In this document: in pieces, positions 57,238-64,000 of the stretch
Position numbering within the stretch: position 1 is the first letter of the stretch
How the letters are laid out: the number at the start of each line of letters is the position of its first letter
Virus record (IMG/VR): IMGVR_UViG_3300035208_005635
Span: 1-64,000 of that record
From: a virus
Lineage: Duplodnaviria > Heunggongvirae > Uroviricota > Caudoviricetes
DNA length: 64,000 nucleotides
Direction: 5' to 3' (one strand)
Position numbers and translations under genes: made by a program
Notes under the pieces: generated by a model
What the model saw: the letters and a program-made list of their open reading frames with translations, nothing else
Database searches by the model: none
Told to the model about the DNA's origin: nothing

Positions 57238-58590
57238 TTGTTCTTTACAAAGGAGAAGAGTATGAAAAAAGTAATACTTGATTTTGCTACAACAGAGGTG
57301 GTAAGAGGTAGTTTTGGATACGATTCTTACCTACTTTATTCCGCCTTAAAATCAAGAGGAGAAGAAGTTTCCCTAATAGAAGATGTTAGCCCTATGCAAA
57401 TTCACAAAGGTATAGGGGAAGAAAGTGACGAATGGATTATCCATTACTGGAGCTATCCGCAAAAGACCTTTATCGATTGGGCAATGAAAAAGCTTCGCGG
57501 TAAAAAAAGTTTCATCGGTTATAAGCCTTTAATTCGTAGGGATAATCTTCCCTTGTTAAAAGAATACGATAATAAGGCTATTTACGAAGGAATGAAGTAT
57601 TTGCCGGAAATACTGAAGGAGTTTAAGTATGGTCTTATGTCAGATTGCGACGAGCATATAAAGGGAAGTAAAATGGAAAAGGTAATGCCGTTGTTTCTCA
57701 GTTATGGATGCCCGAATGTTTGTGCCTTTTGTCCTATACCAGCAAATAGGAGAGATTCGACTCCGAGGAGAGTAGAACTAGATTTTGACGATTGTTCCAG
57801 AACTCTCCTATCTATGCGGGAAAAAGGTTACAATAGTATTCATTTTTGCGACGAGGATTTCTTTATGAATACAGATAGAGCAGAAACGATTATTTCCTTT
57901 CTGTCTAGTCTAGGCGGATTCAAATACATTGCCTTGGCTTCTGTTAGCTCTTTCTATAAAATTGTTGAAAGAGTAGGTATTCAAAAAATTCTCGATTCTG
58001 GATTACAGGTAGTAGAGCTTGGTTTAGAAACCAAAGACCTCGCTCTTCGCAAAAAAATGAAAAAAACAGGTTCAGAAGAACAGTTGCAGTATCTTTTAAA
58101 CATAAAGGAGTTAAAGGATAAAATATTTTTTCTTTCTGTAAGTCTGTTTCCAGGAGAAACTCTGGAAAGTGTTGAAAAGACCGGTGCTTTCTTAAAGCAA
58201 TACGGTCCTACAATAACTTCTCTTACTAGCAGAGTAAAGGCTAATTCTTCTGTCGGAGGTTTAGGTCAATTCTTTCAGCATTATACTGGATGTATTGACG
58301 AGGAAACATTAGCAAAGCAGGGAAAATTTTATGAAAAAATCTTTCCGACAAGATTAGAGCCGAGCTTTGCCCCATATAGCCTTTTGAAGCAAAAACCAAA
58401 ATGGAAGTATAATCAAGAAATTGCTTTGAATGAATTATTTTGGTGGAGGGATGTTTATAATCTCGACCCAATGAAACTCTTCTATACCAGGATAGACGGT
58501 TCTAAAACTGTCGACGAGATAGTGGGAAATAATACAGATATTTTGAAGCATATTTTACTTCTTGCTCGTCTCGGAAAGTTGGAAAGTTAA
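57238..58590 (+). CDS. radical SAM enzyme with N-terminal B12-binding-like domain (class B type)
   Basis: LFLSYGCPNVCAFCPI is CxxxCxxC. N-terminal Rossmann-like region (KKVILDFATTEVVRGSFGYDSYLLYSALK...). The start may be the Met at 57262. Confidence 0.6.
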   Translation: MFFTKEKSMKKVILDFATTEVVRGSFGYDSYLLYSALKSRGEEVSLIEDVSPMQIHKGIGEESDEWIIHYWSYPQKTFIDWAMKKLRGKKSFIGYKPLIRRDNLPLLKEYDNKAIYEGMKYLPEILKEFKYGLMSDCDEHIKGSKMEKVMPLFLSYGCPNVCAFCPIPANRRDSTPRRVELDFDDCSRTLLSMREKGYNSIHFCDEDFFMNTDRAETIISFLSSLGGFKYIALASVSSFYKIVERVGIQKILDSGLQVVELGLETKDLALRKKMKKTGSEEQLQYLLNIKELKDKIFFLSVSLFPGETLESVEKTGAFLKQYGPTITSLTSRVKANSSVGGLGQFFQHYTGCIDEETLAKQGKFYEKIFPTRLEPSFAPYSLLKQKPKWKYNQEIALNELFWWRDVYNLDPMKLFYTRIDGSKTVDEIVGNNTDILKHILLLARLGKLES

Positions 58591-58646
58591 GTGTTTAAAA
58601 ATATTCCTGAGGGTAGAAATCTATCCTCAGGAATCCTTACAACTGT

Positions 58647-59666
58647 ATGAGAATAATTAATATACCAATTGAACCTTTAGATAAACGCTATACAGAACAA
58701 TGGTATCGTTGGTTTCCTGAGGCTTTTGAAAAAAACAACATAAAATTCATTACTATAGACGGAGAAAAATTAACAGATAAAATAGAACACGGAAATGTTT
58801 TAGATGTCTATGGGACTCACTACTATAAGTTTTCTCAGTTACAGACTCTAATGAAAATGCTTAGAGAGGGAAAAATCAAAGACACAGATGTTCTATTATT
58901 TCACGATTTGTGGTTTCCTGGAATTGAGGCTTTGCAATATATCCGAGATATGGAAGGTAAGAAGTTTCAGATTTGCGGAATATTACACGCGGGAACTTGG
59001 GATAAAAATGATTTCACTTTTAGAAACGGAATGCGTCCTTGGGCAATGATGATAGAAAGAGGATGGTTAAGATTCTTTGATAAAGTGCTCTTAGGCTCTG
59101 AATATCACAAAGAGTTAATTGCTAGAGATTTTCCCGAGGCTGAAGATAGGTTATTTGTTACTGGACTGCCTTTTGATTATCGAGAAGTAGATTTTTGTAA
59201 AAAAGGCGGGAGAGAGAAGGAAAAAATAGTTGTTTTTAATCACCGCCTCGACCCAGAGAAGCAACCCGAGTTATTTGACAAATTAGAGAGAGAGCTAAAG
59301 GCACAGTTCCCTGATTGGAAGTTCATTAAAACAATAGAATGCACTAAGAATAAAAAAGAGTATTATTCTTTATTAGCGAGAAGTAGTGTCTGTGTCAGCC
59401 TCGCTCTTCAGGAAACATTTGGATATTCTACTCTTGAATCGTTAGCAAATCATTGCTTCACAGTTGTCCCGAAAAGATTAAGTTACGAAACAATGCCAAT
59501 ATACAAAGGTTGTTACTACGAGAATTACTCTGAAATGAAAGATTTAGTAAGAAAGTTTATGAAGGAATCACAGGATTGGATGCCTTATTACGAAAATCAA
59601 TTAAAAGAGTTTTTACCTGATAATATAGTTAAAAACATTAAAAATATTTTAGAAAAGAAAAACTAG
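58647..59666 (+). CDS. GT-B glycosyltransferase (GT1/GT4-like)
   Basis: C-terminal region KIVVFNHRLDPEKQPELF ... ETFGYSTLESL resembles the GT4 nucleotide-sugar binding motif. Confidence 0.5.
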   Translation: MRIINIPIEPLDKRYTEQWYRWFPEAFEKNNIKFITIDGEKLTDKIEHGNVLDVYGTHYYKFSQLQTLMKMLREGKIKDTDVLLFHDLWFPGIEALQYIRDMEGKKFQICGILHAGTWDKNDFTFRNGMRPWAMMIERGWLRFFDKVLLGSEYHKELIARDFPEAEDRLFVTGLPFDYREVDFCKKGGREKEKIVVFNHRLDPEKQPELFDKLERELKAQFPDWKFIKTIECTKNKKEYYSLLARSSVCVSLALQETFGYSTLESLANHCFTVVPKRLSYETMPIYKGCYYENYSEMKDLVRKFMKESQDWMPYYENQLKEFLPDNIVKNIKNILEKKN

Positions 59667-59689
59667 ACAAAAATCTCTTATAAAGATTC

Positions 59690-60583
59690 TTGCCTTACAG
59701 GTATTTTATGAATATATATTTAGCCGCAATGGAGCAGAAAGATAGTTTTGCTATTATTAAATCAGGAATTGTTCATAACGCTTTTCTTAGTTATTATTAT
59801 ATCTTTAGAAAAAAAAATTCTTATGATAGTAATCGAGAGATGTTTAGAAATAACATAAAAAGAATTATTATCGATTGCGGAGCTCATTCTTTCTTTGCAA
59901 ATATGAATAGTAATCTTTCCGCTTCGGTTAAAAAAAATAAGTATAAAGAAAAACAGTCCTTAGAAGAATATTTTAATCATTATATTAAATGGGTAGAAAA
60001 AAATTACGATTACTTTGACTATTTCATAGAGTTGGATGTTGGAGAAATTGTAGGGCAAGAAAAAGTTTTAGAGTGGCGTAATATTATTAAGGCTAAGGGT
60101 TTATATAAAAAATGTATTACAGTAATGCACCCTAGAGTTATGTCTTGGGAGGATTACTTAAAATTATTAGATGATTCAGAAAGTAAGTATATTGCTATAG
60201 AAAGCGATAGAAAATATAGAAAAAGACTTCCTTATAATAAATATTTAAAAGTCGCTTACGAAAAAGGAATAAGAGTTCACGGGTTTGCAATGACTAAAAC
60301 AGATGCTCTTGGAGTATATCCTTTTACCTCAGTTGATAGTTCTTCTTGGAAGGCAGGAGCACAATACGGGACAGGTAAAGCTCTTACTAAAAAGGGATTT
60401 GTAAATGTAAAATTTAAGGATAAAAAGAAATGTATGTCTTTGCCTAATACAATAGGGATTCATAGTGCCAATAAAGAAGAAAATAGAACAAGTCGTTATA
60501 TATTGGCAATTAAAGCTTATCAAAAAATGGCTTCTCATTTTACAGATTTGTGGAAAAAAAGAGGCATAACTTGGAAAGACTAA
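59690..60583 (+). CDS. candidate DpdA-like 7-deazaguanine DNA transglycosylase (TGT-like); speculative
   Basis: About 297 aa. RIIIDCGAHSFF is loosely DSGGFQ-like. Context: que genes upstream and a ParB-like (DpdB-like) gene immediately downstream. Confidence 0.3.
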   Translation: MPYRYFMNIYLAAMEQKDSFAIIKSGIVHNAFLSYYYIFRKKNSYDSNREMFRNNIKRIIIDCGAHSFFANMNSNLSASVKKNKYKEKQSLEEYFNHYIKWVEKNYDYFDYFIELDVGEIVGQEKVLEWRNIIKAKGLYKKCITVMHPRVMSWEDYLKLLDDSESKYIAIESDRKYRKRLPYNKYLKVAYEKGIRVHGFAMTKTDALGVYPFTSVDSSSWKAGAQYGTGKALTKKGFVNVKFKDKKKCMSLPNTIGIHSANKEENRTSRYILAIKAYQKMASHFTDLWKKRGITWKD

Positions 60584-61272
60584 TTAATAAAATATTTATG
60601 GAAAACAAAGTTAATACAAAAATAATTAAAATTTCTGAATTAAAACCTAATCCTTGGAATCCTAAGTTAAAGCCGGAAGACGACTTAGATGTTCAACAGC
60701 AATTTGATGAGGTTGTAAGGTCTGTAAAAAATTATGGTTTAGTCGAGCCTATAATGGTTAGAAGTGGAAACGAAAAAGGTGTTTTTGGTTATTATCAGAT
60801 TATTAATGGCTATCATAGATTTATGGCTTGTTCTCAATTAGGTTTTAAAGAAGTTGTTATTAATGATTTAGGAATTGTTAGTGATATTACTGCCAAAAAA
60901 TTAACTATTGTCACGGAAGAAGTAAAAATTCCTATAGACCAAGTTAAGTTAGGGCAATTAATTAAAGAAATGGCGACTACCGAAGATTTGGATAAATTAG
61001 CCGAAGGGTTGCCCTATAGTAAAGATTTACTAGAAAGTAAATTGCAACTATTAGATTTTGATTGGGAAGATATGGAACACGGTAAAGATAAACCAGACTC
61101 TACACCTAGCGATTCTCTTGATGCAGAAAATGACCATACTTTGATTCTTAGATTTTCTAGTGAAACAGATAAACTATTAGTAGAGGCTATGTTTGAAACA
61201 ATAACAAACGAACAAAAAGCCAAGAGTATTTCAGAGGGATTAGTTAATTTTGCAAAGACTTATGGAAAATAA
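60550..61272 (+). CDS. ParB-like nuclease-domain protein (DpdB-like)
   Basis: KISELKPNPWNPKL and GYHRFMAC fit ParB N-domain boxes. Acidic C-terminus. Confidence 0.55.
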   Translation: MEKKRHNLERLINKIFMENKVNTKIIKISELKPNPWNPKLKPEDDLDVQQQFDEVVRSVKNYGLVEPIMVRSGNEKGVFGYYQIINGYHRFMACSQLGFKEVVINDLGIVSDITAKKLTIVTEEVKIPIDQVKLGQLIKEMATTEDLDKLAEGLPYSKDLLESKLQLLDFDWEDMEHGKDKPDSTPSDSLDAENDHTLILRFSSETDKLLVEAMFETITNEQKAKSISEGLVNFAKTYGK

Positions 61273-61939
61273 AGTTGAGAGTGTTGAATTAAAAACTGTA
61301 TCTCCGAGAATTATAAACTGGGAAGATTTAAAAGTGAAATTTTTTCTTAGCCCTATTCGAGGAGCTAGGAAATATCTAAGAACTGAGAAGGTATTTTCAG
61401 ACGATGAATTAGCTTCTGGTTATATTAACGGTAAAATACTTAATTGGGAAATAGAGAAGAAAGAATGGGAACAGCAAGCATTAGAAGTAACAATGCACAA
61501 TTTGCGAGAAACCAAGGCTATTCAGATGAAAAATTTTCTTATAGAAGAAGAAAAAATAGTTTCCCAGTTAATGAATATGACAAAGATTGCTATGAACAAT
61601 CTTGTAGTCAAAACAAAAATAAAAGACCCTAATAATCCAGGAAAGACAATAGACGCTGTAAAAGTTACAGATACAAAAGGTTTCAAGCAAATTACTGATT
61701 CTACTATTAATATTCTAAAATATAGTCGTGATAGATTGGGTATTCCTTTTGAGAAGGAAGAAGAAGGATTAGGAAATGCTGTTACTTTCAACTTTGATTT
61801 AATTAATTTAGATGAGTTTGAACCAGACGAAGTATTCAAATTTTTTAAAGATAAAACTAATGAACGACAGAATAGTCCAAAACAAATTGAGACAAATGAT
61901 ACAGATGGAATTTCAGAATCTTCTGAATCATCGAAGTAG
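61250..61939 (+). CDS. hypothetical protein, candidate small terminase subunit by position
   Basis: 229 aa ORF immediately upstream of, and overlapping, the TerL ORF. Confidence 0.3.
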   Translation: MQRLMENKVESVELKTVSPRIINWEDLKVKFFLSPIRGARKYLRTEKVFSDDELASGYINGKILNWEIEKKEWEQQALEVTMHNLRETKAIQMKNFLIEEEKIVSQLMNMTKIAMNNLVVKTKIKDPNNPGKTIDAVKVTDTKGFKQITDSTINILKYSRDRLGIPFEKEEEGLGNAVTFNFDLINLDEFEPDEVFKFFKDKTNERQNSPKQIETNDTDGISESSESSK

Positions 61940-63512
61940 CTGTTTAAATAATTTGTCTGAAGTATATGAAGAATATCCTGTCGATATAGAGGAATTTTTA
62001 ACCAATCCGTTATATTGTCCGGCGGCAAAACAAGTTAGACCAGAAATAAGAAAGATGCTAATAGAATTTTTTATAAATGATGCTTATACAGAGGGTTTAG
62101 TGATTGCTGGTATTGGAAGTGGAAAATCGTTCTTTACAAGTAAAGCGATAGAATATATCACTTATAAACTATTATGCCTAAAGAATCCTCAAAAGTTCTT
62201 TAATCTTGCAGACGATAGCGGAATCTATGTTGTTAATGTTTCTACTAATAAAGAACAAGCCAAAAAGATTGTTTTTGGAGAAATAAAAAATAGAATCGAC
62301 CAAAATCCTTGGTTTAGACATTTTCATAAACCTAGTGATGAAATAAAATCAGAATTACGCTTTGATAAAAATATTTCTGTTTTTCCTTTAGGCTCAAACG
62401 AAGCCGCTCCGCTTGGTTATAATATTTTTGCTGGTATTATTGACGAAGCCTCATTTCACGTTAGAACTAAAAATAAGGATTATGCAGAAGCCAGTTATAA
62501 TCAAATGTCAAAGCGTATTAAAAGTCGTTTTATCAGTAACGGAAAAACTTTTATTATTACCTCTCCTAGATTTGTTTACGATTTCGCTGAAAAAAAGTTT
62601 GAAGAAGATAAAAATCCAGCTTTATATAAAAAAAGACTAGCAACTTGGGAGGCTATTCCGCCAGAACAGTTTAGTGGTAAAAAGTTCGACTTAGGAGAGT
62701 TTTTTCCAGAAAGCAAAGGTAAAATGGTTCCTATTGAATATAAAATAGATTTTCAAAAAAATCCAGATTTGGCTATGAGAGATTTAGGTGCTGTTCCTAG
62801 CTTAGCCGTCCAAGGATTTTTCAGAGACGGTCAAGTCGTTGTTCGTAATGCTAATAAGAAGAGATTAGACCCAGTAACTATAGATAACAAGCTAGCAGGT
62901 TGGTTTAAATGCACAGATAACGAGCCTAGATATATTCATATTGACCTTGGTTTAGGTCGAGAAAATGGAGATGTAGCCGGTTTTGCAATGGGTAAGTTTG
63001 ATGGATGGTCTGACGTAAAAAATGAAGGGACAGGTAAAGTGGAAAGAAGACCGAAGATTTATATCGACTTAATGAAAACTTTTCAAGCGGCTCCTGGAAG
63101 AGAAATTCAATTTAGTGAAGTTAGAGACTTTATATATGCTTTAAAAAATAGAGGATTCAACATTCGAAGAATAAGTGCAGACTCTTGGCAGAGTAAAGAT
63201 ACTCTACAGATTTTACATAATGCAGGTTATCAGACTATGACATTATCTGTAGATAAAAATATAGAGGCTTATAATTTTCTTAAAGAGTCTGTTTTAGAGA
63301 GAAGATTAGACTATTATTTACATCCTGTTTTTGTAAAAGAATGCCGTTATTTAGAATTAATTGAAGGGAAAAAAGTAGACCATCCTATGGGTCTTACTAA
63401 AGATTTGTCTGATGCGGTTGCCGGTGTTTGTTGGCACTGCACTAAGACAGTCGGAGGATTTGGTGTTATAATTGTAGGAGGAGGTGTTACTTCGTTAGAT
63501 AATAAAAGATAG
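61812..63512 (+). CDS. terminase large subunit (ATPase + nuclease); true start probably at an internal Met near 61905
   Basis: Walker A VIAGIGSGKSFFTSKA. Walker B IIDEASFH. C-terminal nuclease-like region. Confidence 0.75.
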   Translation: MSLNQTKYSNFLKIKLMNDRIVQNKLRQMIQMEFQNLLNHRSSCLNNLSEVYEEYPVDIEEFLTNPLYCPAAKQVRPEIRKMLIEFFINDAYTEGLVIAGIGSGKSFFTSKAIEYITYKLLCLKNPQKFFNLADDSGIYVVNVSTNKEQAKKIVFGEIKNRIDQNPWFRHFHKPSDEIKSELRFDKNISVFPLGSNEAAPLGYNIFAGIIDEASFHVRTKNKDYAEASYNQMSKRIKSRFISNGKTFIITSPRFVYDFAEKKFEEDKNPALYKKRLATWEAIPPEQFSGKKFDLGEFFPESKGKMVPIEYKIDFQKNPDLAMRDLGAVPSLAVQGFFRDGQVVVRNANKKRLDPVTIDNKLAGWFKCTDNEPRYIHIDLGLGRENGDVAGFAMGKFDGWSDVKNEGTGKVERRPKIYIDLMKTFQAAPGREIQFSEVRDFIYALKNRGFNIRRISADSWQSKDTLQILHNAGYQTMTLSVDKNIEAYNFLKESVLERRLDYYLHPVFVKECRYLELIEGKKVDHPMGLTKDLSDAVAGVCWHCTKTVGGFGVIIVGGGVTSLDNKR

Positions 63513-63616
63513 ATTTTCTGAAGCGGGTGGAAAATTAAGGGATTTGACTTTGTGAGGAGGTCTTTTCCTTCTAATTTTCCCCCACTTCAGAAAATCTAAT
63601 TAACTATAAAATTTTA

Positions 63617-64000
63617 TGGCAGAGAAACAATCGTTTCTAGCAAAACAGTTGGGTAAATTCTTTCAAAAAAGTATTAACCAATTAACAGAGGAAAGAGTTA
63701 ATGAGGAAAAGAAAAGATGGGCGGAGGAAACCGCTGAGAAAATAGTTTTTAGGAGTAATTATTCAATAGGTAGAGAAAGAGAATATACAACAAACTCTGG
63801 CAAAAAAATAAAAGCTTCTGAGACAGATTCTAGAAAGAAGTGGTCTTTATTATATGATATTTTTGCTGAAGCTCCTGGCTCTCCTCAGTGTGCTGATAGA
63901 ATTAGGTCTGCGGTTACAGGGGCGGGATATATTCTTCAACCTGTTCCTAACGGGAATAAGAATAAAGAACAATTAAGAAAGTTGATTGCGTTCTATGATG
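63617..64000 (+). CDS. portal-like protein, N-terminal fragment (runs off the window)
   Basis: An ORF starts right after TerL (MAEKQSFLAKQLGKFF...). Assigned by position only. Confidence 0.35.

Overview
AT-rich (~30% GC), gene-dense window that reads as a large (jumbo-type) bacteriophage or prophage segment. It has three transcription blocks. Block 1 (30-5731, + strand) carries a tail-fibre-like gene and a lysis cassette (amidase plus holin-like protein). Block 2 (5838-45201, - strand) is a long replication and accessory region: RuvC, HNH, two ParB-like proteins, GroEL with GroES-like and SPFH proteins, family-4 UDG, a primase-helicase carrying three LAGLIDADG inteins, a lambda-O-like initiator with an internal iteron origin, an SSB-like protein, a Cas4-like nuclease, a MoxR/vWA pair, RadC and a SleB-like hydrolase. 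Between blocks 2 and 3 lies a 1.8 kb non-coding strand-switch region. Block 3 (47145-64000, + strand) carries an 8-tRNA cluster, a 7-deazaguanine (queuosine-precursor) DNA-modification island and the packaging genes (TerL, start of a portal-like gene). The island holds QueD, QueE, a PRTase-FolE fusion split by an HNH intein, a B12-type radical SAM, a glycosyltransferase, and a DpdA-like/ParB-like pair next to a family-A DNA polymerase. Ten tRNAs were located by hand-folding. Five near-identical sigma70-type promoters share a conserved upstream element containing a DnaA-box-like TTATCCACA. Five consecutive genes start with the identical 12-mer ATGGAGACCAAA. All calls rest on motif-level reading of the supplied ORF track; no database searches were run.
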